Source: Raillietiella orientalis
Lineage: Eukaryota
Assembly: GCA_036172245.1 (NCBI GenBank)
Contig: JAYWIR010000009.1
Coordinates: 868,001 to 932,000 of the forward strand
Reading direction: 5' to 3'
Length of the DNA: 64,000 nucleotides
The notes below the pieces were generated by a model. That model had not been told where the DNA came from, made no database searches, and saw nothing but the letters and a program-made list of their open reading frames with translations. A program made the translations under genes and the position numbers. This document shows positions 1-13,469 of the stretch, piece by piece (position 1 is the first letter of the stretch; each line of letters begins with the position of its first letter).

Positions 1-3000
1 TGACCCCGATCTCCCCCTCTCCCCGGCTCTCCCTCCGGTTCAGCGAGAGGCCGAAGGAGGGCACAAGTGGGGCTTCGCCCACGGTCCCTCGCGGTCGCGT
101 CATCCCTCCGGTAGGACGCGCGCGTGCGCCTCCTACCCCACCCCTGCGCGTCCTTAGTGTGGCTGCTGACACGGAGTCGCCACCGTGCGCCCTCGCTCGC
201 CGTCCTGCCCTCGGGAGGGGAGGGGGAACGTCCCTCCCACCTTGGGGCTATGCATATTCATCTCCACCCTGACTTCCCTCTCCGTCTTGTCCCGTGCGCC
301 AGAGCTCTCGTCAGGTCCCAAGGTTCCTGCTGGACGCCCCGTCCTCCGGTCAGTCCTCGCGTCGGCAGGGAACGGAGGTGCCCACGCACTCTTTTCCGAT
401 CGCGTGTCGCCACGCGCGAGGAGAGCCTGTGGAACGAGTCCTCGAGCTGGGCGTCGTCATCCGCTCGGAGGGCGCAACGCGGGGCGCAGCGGGACCTGCC
501 GGTCCGCCGGTTCAGCAGTGACAGAGCTGGCGCGAGCGCGTCCGGAAACTCCTCTGCCGAGGAACGGCGTCTTCGGCGGAACGATCGCCGGAGCAACCTT
601 GCCGCAGCTCGCGTGACTTCCCGCTGGAGCATGCACACGGGGTCGTGCTCCTGTCAAGCCATGTGCAAGCTGGAGGAGGCAGGGATGGGGACGCGCGGAC
701 GATAACGGTGCAGCCATCGCTGCGGCGGGCGGTCCCATTGCCGGCCACGTTGGAGGGCATCCGTAGCGTGGTGGCGATACGGCCGCCTCCACGGAGCCAG
801 AAGGAACGGCGGGAATCTGGAAGCTGCCCCAGTGGTTTGGACTCCCTCAGAGGCGGCAGCGTGGACACTCTTGAGAGGGAAAGACAAGGGCACAGGCGGC
901 GATGCAGGATTTCCATCCATTCTTCGATTTCTGCTCCCTCCCTTCTTTCTCCCAGCAGCGCTCCTCTATTTATGCTGCCTCTATCCATTTATTTGTGCAT
1001 TCCGCTCCCTACGAGGTGGACTGCCACAGCGAGCGTAGAGAGAGCGCGCTCGCGCACCCGCTCCAAGCCGGGATGCGACTAGAAAACGCTCGCGCATGTG
1101 CGCTGATCGAGCCAACGTGCGGTTCGGGCTCCCAGCCGAGCTGAGCTGAGCATTGTTGTCGCCCGTCTCCGCGGCAACGAGCATTGTTGGGAACGAACAT
1201 CGTTTGTTTCCTTTGTTGCGCCGCGTCGCTTCCACTGCAGCAACCGGCGAGACATGCGTTTACGCTTCTGCCTGGCCCTGGGGGCGGAACATCCAGCTTT
1301 CCCTCCTCCAGGACACCATGGACTGGAAACACCCCGGTACCGAATGTCCCCTCGGAAAACGACTGCTTCCTGCAGTGGTGCCACCGCCCTCCCGGGCAAA
1401 CGAGGCACGTTGAAAAGGCGAGAGGTTCCACATGCAAGCACTTGCGTGCGGGACGGGAGCGACTCGCGGCCGAAGGGATCGGATCGTTCCTCCCCCGGGA
1501 GCTGCCGTCAAATGAGAGGATGAAGAGGAGGGTTGAAAGCTTCCTGGTCCTCCGTACTGAGGTAGCGCGTCTTCGAATCGGCAAGACGACGAGTGAGGGG
1601 AACGAAAGGCACGTCGTCGTCGTAAACTCTAAGGTGACGAGTAGTCCCGAGGACCCAAACGGTCCTCGGAGACGGTAGAGCCTTTCCCGGGACGAGCCGG
1701 ATCAGGTCGCCGTCCCCAGCCCTCTCCCCTGCCGGCAGGGGGCCCCGGCGCGAGTTGCACGCTAATCCTGGCAGCAGCACCTCCCTCGGCTTCCTGTCAA
1801 TCGGCGCAGTGGAAGGGTCGGGCCTTTCCGGGCTCTAACGCCATTCCCTCCAGCGAGCTGCGGAAGCTTAACAGGAATGCTGCTTCGGGCACCCCGTCGC
1901 GAGGGAGGGAACCCGGGCGGGGAGAGCGGAAGAGGAGGGGGAAAGCGAGCGGAGGGCCCTTCCCGCCCTCTGCGTTCGCTTTTTTGCGTCGAGTGGATTC
2001 CTCCCGACTGGTGGGCTCTGCATGACCTTCCAACACCCTCTGGACCACGGCCCTCCGTGGAAGTTGCCAAATTCCCAGAAAGTCGCGGTCCAGTCCCTCC
2101 GCTACCGTCGCAGAGGGCGGGAGAGGGGGAGAGGGAATCCTTCCTGGGGGATGGTCCTGCCTGCTCGCAGTCGGGCGACCTCAACCAGCGCCCGTCGCCT
2201 CCTGCACCGCAACATCCGCGGCCGCTGGGCACGCACTGTTTCCGGGAGGACGAGTACGCGCCCTCTTCAGCCCTAGCTCCATCTCCCTGGCAACCCTCCC
2301 ATTGAGAATTCGGCTTCCTCCAGGAAAGGGGTGATTCCCCGACACGCACTCACTTCCCCATCGGCGCCCCTTGGAACGCAGCCCCCCTAAGTCTCCGTAG
2401 TGCGGGGGGGTGGGGGCAAGGGAGAAGTGACGACCTACTTGCACAGCGCGCGAGCCCTCGCCTGCCTCTCTAGAGGCTCTTACCCGGAACCTGGCCCTCC
2501 CGTAGCCTGCGGTCTTCCACACTCCAGGCAAGGGATCTTCCTGCTTCTTCCCGCTTCCCTGCGTCTCCTTCAGGTCCCGCAAGCTGCGGCAGGGTTGCCC
2601 GGTCGACTCCCGGGAAGGGGCCACTCCCATCCCCGGGATTAGGCATCCCTTTGCCCGGTGCCCTCGCGGAGGGAGGCAAGGCGCACGCAAGCCGATCCGG
2701 GACCTACGCCACAAGCCCATGGGATCCGGAGCGCTGCTGTTGACCTCCTTGCATTCCGCGCCGCGTTCCCGCTGCAGGCAGGGGGATGCCGAGCGACCTC
2801 CGCAGGACGCGGTCGCAAAAGTAGCGAAGACCCCGCCCTCTCTCCCTGAAGATCCATCCGGGCTCTCGGCCACCCACCACCACCCTGGACCTGATTGCCC
2901 GGAGAAACCGAGGGAACGCCCAGGAAGAACGTCACTCACGCGACCCCACGGGACCCCAGCCTTCAGAACTAGCCCGCTGGCAGATATCGGGATCGGTTTC

Positions 3001-3986
3001 CCGGGAGGCCAGAGCAGCTGGCGCGTTGTCTCGCAACGCACACCGCAGGGGGTTGCTGTCCCTCCCGGGATCCTCCTTCCGTACGGGAGGCTCGCGGAGG
3101 GAGGCAAAGAGCTCGCAAGCAGCTCCCGGACCCACGCCGCAATCCCGTGGGACCGCGTGCGTCACCGGCTAGTCGGGACCGAGCTGGCGTTTGCCCTCTT
3201 CCCCTTCTCCCCATCCCCATCCCATCCTCCTCACGGAAAGCATCGCTTGGAGGAGCAGCAGCATCAAGCAGGTTCTTCGTTCACAAGGACGCCTGCAGGC
3301 TGTCAGTGGCGGTCGTCGTCACCGAAACGGGGAAGCTGAGCCTCGGCGCATTTCAAGGGCGAAGAGCGAAAGAGGAAAAAGATAGAAAAAAAAAAAAAAA
3401 ACTCCTTTGTCTCGCGCTCGTACTGGGGCACAGGGGCCACGGCGCGTGGGGAGAAAATTCGCCGCACAGGGAGCACGCGCTCGTCTGACAGGTGCGAGCA
3501 AGCGCGCGAAAGCCGCAGGCTAGTCGTGTCCATGGGCGGCGCCATGTTGTGTTCACGTGCTCGCCTGCGATTGGCTGCCCCCGGGTCGCAAAACTCTCAC
3601 CTGCAACCTCGCCGCCGACTCTCAGACGGTGCTTTTCCTGCCCCCTCCCCCGCACACGAGGAGAAACAGAAACACCACAGAACCCTGCTCGCCCCCTCTT
3701 TCTACCACTTTCGACCGCTTCACTTCTCCATGGATGTTTTTCCCTCTCGTTCTCTCTTTCCCCCATGTGATGTGTCGCATCCTCGGCTGCCCTTCGGTGC
3801 GCCGACTCAGCTGATTCTCCTCCGGGGAAAAGGAAGAAAAAAAGGAAAAAAATGAATAAATGAAAAAGGCAAGGGAAAAAGCGTTTCGGGCAGAAAAACC
3901 TCCGAGCTGACCGCTGACACTGCACAGTGGCGCGCGTTCTCGTGGTTTCCCGACGTCTGCACTCGGACTGCGTCCCGGCTGTCGAA

Positions 3987-4037
3987 TTTAAATCGGCCAA
4001 TCAGAGGTGCATTTGCATAAACGCAAAAGTGACCAAT
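3987..4037. promoter_or_regulatory. Promoter-like cluster: TTTAAA, CCAAT, octamer ATTTGCAT, CCAAT
   Basis: TTTAAA 3987-3992, GGCCAATCAG (CCAAT 3997-4001), ATTTGCAT 4011-4018 and GACCAATCA (CCAAT 4033-4037), all within 51 bp. Confidence 0.45.
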
Positions 4038-7000
4038 CAAAGCGGCGTTTCCACGTCTCTTTTTTCTTTTTTAAACCAGCGTTTCCACGCAGGCCGAAAA
4101 AACAAAAACAAGCTGAAACGAAGAAGGAATGCGCATTTAGAATGCAATTACTTGAGGAGTGGCACGTGCTGTCAGTTTCGAATGCCTCAGCGGAAGGAAC
4201 CCCGGACCTGCCTGGGGTTCGTGAAACGGAGCACAGATGTCAGCAGCGCGTGGCGGTCCGACGGGAGAGGGCCCGCGCTGTTTCAGGAGCTCGCGATGCC
4301 CCCCCCCCCCCGTTCCGATTTCTCCTGCATCCACTGGGAAGGAACGGAGGGCGGTGCGCGCTCCTCCTCCGGGAGCGGCACGGTTCCCCGTCGTTCAAAT
4401 GGACTACCACTGCGGCGGAGCTCGCTGCCCTCCCTCGTCGATGGGGCAGAGTGCATGTCCCCCCCACGCGTGTCGTTCCGGTCGTCGCCCAGGGAGCTTC
4501 GGACGATGTCTGCGAACGCGACAAGCGAGGCGGGCTGGTTGCGGTGATGGTGGATCTCCTCCTCCTCTTGCTCGTCCTCTTCGTCTTCCTCCTCCTCCCA
4601 CTTGCTCCTCGCCGCCGAGGAGGCGAACCTAACGAGGCGCGCGAGCGCGAGACACCACAGGGAGAAGGAGGAACGCCAAGGCGCGATCCCGACCAGTCGC
4701 CGTTGCCTAAGCAACTGTTGCGCCTCCCCGGCATGGGCACGGGGGCACGAGAGGGACGTCCTCCCGTTCCTCCCTCTCCTCCCGGGGGCCTCCTCGCGCA
4801 TTAGAAGCAGCCTACAGGTGAATCCAGTCCTCTGCCACGCCATCGCCGCCTCCGCGGGACGCTCCCATCGGACCCGCGAGTGCTCGTGCGACCCCCGCGC
4901 ACCCTTGGAGAAGCTGAGTCGCCGCGCATCCTCCTTGCACTCCTCCAGAAGATCCAATCCGTGCCCACGGAAGAGAGCACGAGTTCCTGGATAGGGGACT
5001 GCGAAAAGGAATCCCCCGTCCCTCTCCTCCGTCCGCTTTCAGGCTGGGATCCTCTTCCGCTCAGCCTCCGGGGTAAGCTCCTCTCTCCTGGCGAAGAGCG
5101 GACGCAGCTGGCGCCGCCACTCCCCGCGCTTTCCTGCTTTTCTCCTCCTCCGGGAGATCTGCGGTGTCCCTCCTGCTTCCGGCTGAGGTCTCCAGCGGGG
5201 GAGGGAGGAAACTCCCTGAGCGTGGATCGCCGTCCTCCTCTTCTCCTCTCGAGACCCTCACCTCTTCTCAGCTCTTTCTTGGACTTAGGGGGATGATCGG
5301 TCCCGGGAGACGACCCGTAGAGTGGAAGAAACCTCGGCGCTGTGGCCGCTAGTCGCCTGCATACTCGGGAGGCTCATCGCCCGCGGCCACTCGGGACGTA
5401 TCCGGAAGTTCTCCAAACCGAACCCCCTACTCCCTCTCCTCGCTGCACAGTCCATTTCTCCTCCCCCTCTTTTCCTCGTCTTCCTCCCGTCCGGTGTGAC
5501 AGCAGCCCTCTCCAAGAAGAGTCCAAGGGCATCTCCGAAGGCATCCTGGGGCGACCGGCGAAGAGTTGCCCCGGCGCCGTCCAACCCTGGCTGATCCAAC
5601 CCTCCTCCCCTTGCCAGGGTCGTCTCTCGCCCCATGGCACCGGCCGGCAGGAAGCAGCGGCCATTCGCACGTCGGCCCTGGGGGCAAGGGAGGAGGGGAA
5701 GCAGCAAGCGAAAGAAGGGTGGTGACGAGGAGGACCACCGAGGGAAGGAGCGGACAACGGGACGTGGAACTCCAGGGACAAGGGGGAGCTCTCGTCCTAC
5801 GAGCATTGGTCGACGGGCGTGAGGAGGGGCAGGGTGGAGAAAGGGGGGCAGCTTCCCAGGCTGGCTGCTCGCTTCGCATTCCGAAAGAGCACCTGCAAAC
5901 AGGAAAGACAGGGTCGCTTAAATGCAAAGAAGAGAGAAAGAGAAGAGGCAGGATATGGGGGTGGTGGAAACTCTCTCGTTACATGTGGTTGCTTCTCTCC
6001 CCCGCTCCCCCTTTCATTTCAGTAATACAGAGGGAGTCACTTGACCGGTTTGAAGTCGCTCCTTTGTATTTTTAGATCGCATTGTAGGTCGCCATGCTGA
6101 CCGCGAGGGTTGACGTCACTTCGCGAAGCCGCTTTCAGGAGGCTGGAGCTGTGCAACTCGCAAATACGAAAAAATAGACGAACGAACGGAGAGGAGGAGA
6201 AAGATGACCTCAGTTCTCAAGTTTCCTGTTTCCTGCTGAGCGACGCGTTTTTCTCATCGCAAGCCCCCCATCTCCTCCCTTCGGAGGAGTTGCTGCCGAG
6301 TAGGAGCTCGGGTCCACACACGACCCACGGCACCAGCAGCGGGTTCGTCGGTGACCCGAGTTACCTCGTTGTGGTCCAAACGAACGCGCGTGCACCGTTT
6401 CCGACAGACCTGGAGCTCTCCAGCCAGCATGCGCGCGCGTGCCCCTTCCTGGACTTTCCCTGCGGAGCGAACCTCCCCGGAGACGTCGGCACCTTTCGCT
6501 CTTCCCGCGTGGGCTGTCTCAAAAAGCACGAAAAAGCAAACGTGTTACCTATATGACCGCCGCCCAGCTTCCGAGACAGTTCTTTTACATCCTGCCTTCG
6601 GCACCAGGGCGGACGAGAGCTCTTTCCTGCCTTCCTGGAAGAACCCCGCGACGGCTTTGATCTCGAATTCGTGGGGGCAAGAAGCAGCAGAGCACCGCGG
6701 AATTCCGCATCGTGTGCCTCCCCCCCCCTCCCCATCCTTCGTTGCCTTGACGAATCGCTCGCGTTTCACCAGCAGCTCTGGAAGGAACCGTAACAAGAGG
6801 ATCCATTCTCGCGACTCCGCAGAGATCATCACCAGCCAGTCGACCAGACAGCTTCCCCAAGGTCGGGAGGGCGGCGTAGAAGGAGACACGAAGAAGTTCC
6901 TCTTCTCCAGATCTCGGATTTCATCCGAGGCGAGCCCCGCTGCCGGCTGGAGGAATGTGCCGAGGATGTCAGCCCGCAGATGACCCGAGAGCTGCACTGG

Positions 7001-7190
7001 GAAACCTCGAGATCATAGATGGCGCCAGCTGAAGCTGCAAATTGCATACGCAGGGGATGCGTCCCCTTCCCTGGGCGCGGCCGACATTGAGGGTCTCTGG
7101 AGATGGATCGAATTCCGTTTTTCGGAGCTTCGCTTGTCGGGACAGAACAGGAACCGCAGCAAAACGGGAAGCCATGGGAAAGAGATGGTC

Positions 7191-7218
7191 CAGCAGAAGC
7201 AGCAGCAGCAGCAGCAGC
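7191..7218 (+). repeat. (CAG)n microsatellite
   Basis: cagcagaagcagcagcagcagcagcagc. Confidence 0.85.
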
Positions 7219-10200
7219 CCCGCGAAGCGCGTGTGTGCGTGTGAGCGTGTGCCGGGTAACGGGAGGTAACCTGACCGTCCTCCCCGGGAGCTACTGCCAG
7301 AATACCGTGGCAAAGGGACGGTCTTCATGCTTCGCTTCTCGGCAACCGACGCCAAGTGAATGAGTGCCCGTTTTCGGACCAGCGGAGAGATCGGGCACCG
7401 CAGCTCCTTTCCCCTGCCTTTCCTTGCCTTTTCCCTTTTCCCTGCGAGACGGCTTGCCGGAATCTCGGGAGAGCACGTGCGCGCCTCGAAAGGATGTCTT
7501 TTATCGATCCTGCAAGGCAGCTTTCATTCCTCCCCACGTCTGGACGTAGGCAGACGTCGGTCGCGGAGAAAGCGAAACGTTCTTTGTTCCTCCTTCCCCG
7601 GTCTTCCGGACGGCGGGGAGGCGTGCCATCTCTTCTTGTCCGCTTTTCCCGAGAGTCGGCGCACGCGAGCTTCTAGGCGCGTTCGCCCTGTGGGCAAAGA
7701 TGGCAGTATCCCCTTCCTCTTCGGTGCCCTCAGTTCCCGGCTCTTCGCAGCGGCAGGCCTGAGATCAGTCGGTCCCTTCCTGCTACCGGGCTTGCACGAG
7801 AAACCGTCCGGAAGCGCTCGACCCGGCTCGGGAGCCACCAAACGGCAAGGGGTGGGCACCTCTGCCCGCTCGAGGCGGAACGTCCTCTGCCACCCATCTG
7901 CGCGCCTTCACCACACGCAATACTATTTGGCGTGCGTGGGAAGGGAGGGGGTGGGGGACTGTAACCCGAAGGCGTGCCACAAGAGATGCAAAGGCGGGAA
8001 GAAAGCTTCGGCAAGCAAGGAGCATTCGGGAACGAATGCGTTTTGAGTCTCAGCTCCGCTCCCTCCGTTCTCAGGCATTATCTTCGAGTTGCAAAGGGCA
8101 AAAAATAAAGGTGTGGAAGAAAACAAAACAAATCGACAGAATGACGTGGAAACACATACGCACAAAAGAGCTCACATGTACACATGTGCATACGCGCGAG
8201 AGAGCTCTTTTGCACACACTATCCAACAAAACGTGGCATATTTGTGCAATTTACTGGATCTCTTTGAGCAGCTGTTGCGAATTAGCAGCCAAGTTTACCC
8301 TTCACTTTGTAGGAAAAGCAAACAGCATCGCCTATTCGTTGCTAATAGCAAGGGAGATGAAAGGTTCTCGAGTTTTCACAAAGTGCCGTTCCCCGAAACC
8401 TAGGAAGCGTGGGGCATCGAGAGATCATCGGGAGGTTTTCCTGTCTGGACCGTGGAGATCGATGCCGATTCTGCGATTTTTCCTCTTTTTTTTTTCCCTC
8501 TTGTTGTCACAGGGCTGGATCTCCTGATGGAATCGCATCGGAGCGAAACCCATCCTTCGGCCGCCATTATTCCGGGAGAACCGACGGCGCCCCGCGCCCC
8601 GCACAGGGGCCAACACCCGCGGCGACACTGCGTGGGCCTTCCAGTGGCATGCACTTCGCCAGCCCCCCACGCAAAGCGGCTATTTATAGATCGTTTGTCA
8701 ACAATGGAGTGAGCCGCGCGGCCCTTCGTGTTTGCCGACGGTCAGCTCACACACGAGCGGGTTGCCCGTAGCAACGGGGGCGAGGAAGGCAGGTAGCGTC
8801 GCAACGCTAGCTGTGAGCGCCGCGGCCGCCGTGCCGGTAATGCGAGCATCGCTTCCCGTGGGAAACGCCAGGGGGTGAGCTTGGTCCTGGAAACTACGCC
8901 TCCCAGGTTTGCTTTGAGTACCAGTTTGTTTTTGTTTTGCTGTTGTCGTTGTTGTTCCTTCCCCGTCCCCCCCCCCCCCTTCCCTTCTCCTCCGTGCGCT
9001 CGTTCCAGAAAAAATTCCGCAGTTCTCAGTTTTGCCGTTGTCATCTTTCCCTTTGCTCGCGTTCCGAGTGCGTGCACGCGGACCTCCCCTCGCCATTTCC
9101 ATCAGCTCCTTTCGAAGGGAACGCGTTCGGCCATCCCTGCCACGTTTTGCTTTGCTTTTCCTTTGAAACCAGCGCGGCAAAGACCGGTGCTGTCCGTAGT
9201 GGCTGAGCAGGGGGGTACCTCCTTTGGCCGCGACCTACGTCGCTGAGGGAGACTTCCTGACTTGGATTCTTCCGTGCTCTCCCATGAAACAGCAGCCGGA
9301 CACCACCGACGGCAGGCGTTTCCCCCTTTCCTCTCACCTCCTGGAAGTGAGAGGGAGGTGCAGACCATCATCTTTGCTTCCCAGGGTGGTCCATGGGGGT
9401 GCCGCGAACGGCTCGTGAGGGGAGGAGGGCTCGTGCATATCTCCCCGCAAGCAGTGAAGTTGAAGAGGGAGAGAGCCCAAAGTGGCTCCGACAGCTCCGG
9501 GCGGGCAGCCGCCAGCGAGAGCGAGAGTATCGTGACCTGGTCATCCGGAAACAGATGCGGAGTGTAGCAGCATCCCTTGCATTTCGCTTCTGTAATCCTT
9601 TCCATTCCTTTCCCTCCCCCTGCGAGGTCTTCCCGAGAGCGCGTTCTTGGAAGAGGGAACAGTCCTGTGGGGGAAGGTGAAACCTCCTCTCCCCAGCCTA
9701 CGTCCCTTCCCTGGGCGAGGAGGAGGGGTCCCGAAAACGGCGTGCTCACGGAGCTTTTCCCGGAGAGGGCAGGATTTGGGATACCCCCCTTTCCCCGCTT
9801 TGGGCCCTCCCGGAAATTTTGAGAATTCGAGGGGAATTTTCCAAGGAGACCTGAAGCTGATCCGCGACTCCGAAGAGCTCCTGCCCCTGATGGTGGTCGG
9901 AGCTCCTGGAGAGGGTTGTGTCCCCTCCCATGGTGCACTTGGCCTGCCAGTGCTCTCCGCTCCCCCGGAAGAGCGTGACGAAGATGAAGCTCTGGAAGGC
10001 GACCCAGGGGGGACCCGAAGTCGCCACATTCCCGAGGCTCCTAAAACTCGGCGTCCCAGGACCCCCAGCGGACAACGCAAGGGGTCGCTCTATGGACCCC
10101 CCACCTGCTCGTCCTCCTCGAAAAACGTCGGGATGTTCCGAGACGGAGCGTTCCCGGGATGCTCCATGATCGTCATCCTCTGGGAAGGGATCCTCCTCTC

Positions 10201-10673
10201 CTTCCCGCCAACGACCGCTTCGGAGGACTCTCTTTCCGCCCAACTGCCTCCCACGTTTCGGGGCCGCCTCGGTAGTCACCTTCCTAAGATGCGCGGTCGG
10301 ATGTCCCCCTCTCGGTTGGGTGCGCATGCTTTCCCTGAGGATAGGGGGAGTAGCCGAATCGGGGCAGGCGAGGTCCGAGACTCATGCTTTCCCTGCTCGG
10401 GGGAAGGCGCGAACGTGAGCTCGTCTATGTCTTCCGGGAAGAGGAGGAGGGAGGAACGTGGTCCCCGGAAACCGCCTCGCTGCAGCCTCCCTGGGGAAAT
10501 GTGTCGGATCGCGAGGCGAACCCGCGTTGGCGGCCGAATGCTGAGGTGTTCCGCGGTCGACACGCGGGTGCCGGCCTCATATTTGGGAGAATCGAGAACG
10601 GAGGAGAGCAGCGGGATGGCCCGAAGGAGCGCACCCTGCAGCAGCCGCGCGGTAACAGGAAAGCCAATCCCTT

Positions 10674-11900
10674 GAATTCTTTCACTCGGTTACGCAGGGA
10701 TGTTGGTTTCATACAAAACCAGTCGATAACGCTCTGGTTCCCAACCGAAGACAAAAGAAGTTCAAGGTGAGGGTCCACCGACGTGAAGGTGGGAATATCC
10801 GAAAGTCCGAAACGAGAGGGAGGGGAAGACGGACAACGGAAATAAAAAGAAAAGATCAGAAAATCCAAGGGAATGAAGCAAGGGTCTTCGGTTCGCTCCA
10901 TATACACTGTGATGAGTTTATGAAACCCGGGAAAGGTAAGGAGTGAAAGGGAGTGGGGAATGAGAGAAAATAAAATAAATTAAATTAAAGAGAGGCTCGG
11001 TCACCGGTGCCTGTCGTTCCTTCATTTCAAAACCGACGCTGGATGCTGGAGGTCCCCTCCTTCACTCCCTGCAGGCGAGGCCACCCTGCAGCCCATCCTC
11101 ACGTAGGCAATTGCCATTCCGGTGACCCCCGATCACTGCGTCATCGTCTCTAGCACGTGGCGAGCCGAAGCGATGGTTGCGATCACCGCGCCCGTCGAAA
11201 GTCCTCCCGGCGTGAAGCGTCGGCGCAGCAAGTCGCGGGCGGTGTCCTCCTGATGCAACCTCCGCCACGGTCCCTGGAGGAGGGCGCCGCAGTCCAAAAG
11301 CAGGTGTGGGGATGACCCCGTCTACGCTCACCTGGCACAGTTCGAGGATGAAGAAACGAGCTGCAGGCGCTCGCTGCACTGGAATCCTCAGTGGAGGAAG
11401 AGCAGCACCTCCTGTTTCCATGAGGGTGGGAACGCAGAAGCGTCCAGACATGGGCGAGAGACCATAACTTGTCGGGAACAACACTCAGAAGTTGACTCCA
11501 GCGAAGGAGTCCCGACGCCCGAGTGCGCGGAGTTGCAGCATCCACCAGCTTGCGCGTCTTCCAGCCTCCAAGGAGTTTCGTCCTTCCCGCGATGGTGCAG
11601 CCGGTTGGTGTCGCTTGTCCCCTTGCAGCAAGGGGTGTGGCAGTCAGGATGCACCACTTTGCTGTGTCCAGCATCGCCGATTCTGGAGGTCATGGTGGGA
11701 AGTGGAGCTGGGGGCAAATTTCCTCCAGGCACATTCCCTGGACTGAATCCCAAGAATCAACAGCTTCCTGCCTTCGGGCATTGAAGTTCATTGGACAGCA
11801 GAAGATCCATGGTTGGGCTTCCATCAGGGAAGGCGAGTTGCCCCAGGGGGGAGCCAAATTCCCGCACCCCGTAACGAGTGCTCGGCAACAGCGGGAACAG
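10674..11900 (-). mobile_element. Older, more diverged L1/Tx1-like 3' fragment
   Basis: GGWKTRKLVDAATP..LLRWSQLLSV matches GDWRTGQLTNAETP..LLRWGELLDV. A degenerate zf region and a degenerate terminal motif lie at 10674-10708. The 5' limit is approximate. Confidence 0.65.
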
Positions 11901-12664
11901 TCCTCGGCTGCCGGTCGCTTGAAGTCAACAGTACGCCTGCGCAACATACGCCCGCGAGGGGACAGCCAGTGCTGCCATGTCCAGATTTTCGGTACTGCTT
12001 TGGGAGCTCCGTTCTCCTTTGCTTCAGCGTCAGAATTTCAGTTCCGGGTCATGAGGCGAGGGCTCGGTCCGGGGAGAGAATGGCGGTTTCAGTCCTTACT
12101 GGAGAGAGCAAATTCCTCATTATGATTGGTGAGTGTCCAGTGAAGAGTCCAGCCCACTCCTGGTACTATGGTACAGCATGTGGTTTCCCCGCGATGTGCA
12201 TTGAAAACATCGAACGGGTCACCTTCCGCAATGGACAGCAGCCAACCGGCTCAGTGAGATTTCTGCAGAATTGCAGGAGTCGAGAAACTGCTTGACGGCT
12301 GCAAGGCGAGTGCGTTGGTGGACGCCGCCACTCCTTGTTTCCGTCCTTCGGTGTCCCTTCCCCGTGGTCGCTTCCCTGCGTGCAGAAACTTCCGCATTCC
12401 CTCTTCGCTGGAAACAGGATGTCCTGCTGTTTCGGCACTGGGGATTCTAGTGCAACAAGCACAAGCACTCGGTTTCCGTGGGAGTCGCCTCTCCGAAGTG
12501 TTCCAGGTGCAGGGCAATCCAATCGTTTCCGCACCTCCTGTTGGACTGCTGTGTTCTGGAGGAGAGTCGATTCGTCTCTCCGTCATCTGCAGGACCCCCC
12601 CCCCCCTCGCTTCGGGCTTGCTGCGGCGCTTCTTCACACAAGGCGGGCTGACGACGGGCGCCGT

Positions 12665-13460
12665 GATTTCACACCCGGGTGCGCCGGGGCGTTTATTCTC
12701 TTACAGGAATCGATGGAGCCGATGGCCCACCAAATCCAGTTGTTACACTAGAAAGAAAGGGAGGAGACGAAGAGGTCCATCACGTCCACGAAGGGGAAGG
12801 GAAGGGGGGATAAAACAAAATATTAAATGAAAACAAACTATAACAAGCAACAAAAAAACAACAAAAACAAAAATTAGTTGGGGGGAAGGGAAGGGGTTAC
12901 GTTTCCTGGTGGGTGAGGCCTCTTTATCCGTTGGAGGAGCTGGCGAGCTCCTCCTTCCCCCTTTCCTGGTGGGGCCACCTCAAAGCCATCTGCAGGAAGC
13001 GGATGGCGTGCAGGGCCCCCCTCCCTCGTCGCTCCGATCTCTCTCGGCGTCGCACTTCGCCGCGGAGACCTCGCGCACGCAGCACAGCGCTGCGATTGCG
13101 GCTGCGGGAGTCATGGCGGCACGAAGAGGGGCCTCGAAGAGTCTCTGGGATCGTCCACGGGTTGAGGAATGGGCTCAGAGAAAGGTTCCCACAAGCCCCG
13201 AAGGGCGACACACTGCACTGTGAGGCGGGGGAAAGTCTACTTCTCTCCACACTTGGCACAGTTCGGCGATGCGCTTCCCCTCGTCCAGTGGTGCCGGCGC
13301 GCATTGCACGGAAGACCCCAGTGAAGTATCAGCAGCGCCGATTGCTGCCACTTGAGGGGAAGCAGCTTCCTGTCTATAAACACAGGGAGCACTTCCAACT
13401 CTTCGGGCCGAATGGAGAAGAGTTCGCCCCAACGTTCCAGTCCATTGGAGACGGGCGCTG
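12665..13460 (-). mobile_element. L1/Tx1-like retrotransposon 3' fragment
   Basis: NGLERWGELFSIRPEELE..LPLKWQQSALLILHWGLPCNARRHHWTRG...NCAKCGE is nearly identical to the 17.4-17.6 kb peptide; same 3' terminal motif. Confidence 0.85.
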
Positions 13461-13469
13461 TGATCGCAA

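Noticed and set aside
6545..6997. DEIRDLEKRNFF resembling a neuropeptide (orcokinin-like) precursor
   Set aside because: Single occurrence, no NFDEIDR repeats, no signal peptide or convincing exon context.
9647..10675. 342-aa plus-strand ORF
   Set aside because: P/R/G/S-rich with no motif; probably the antisense of decayed repeat sequence.
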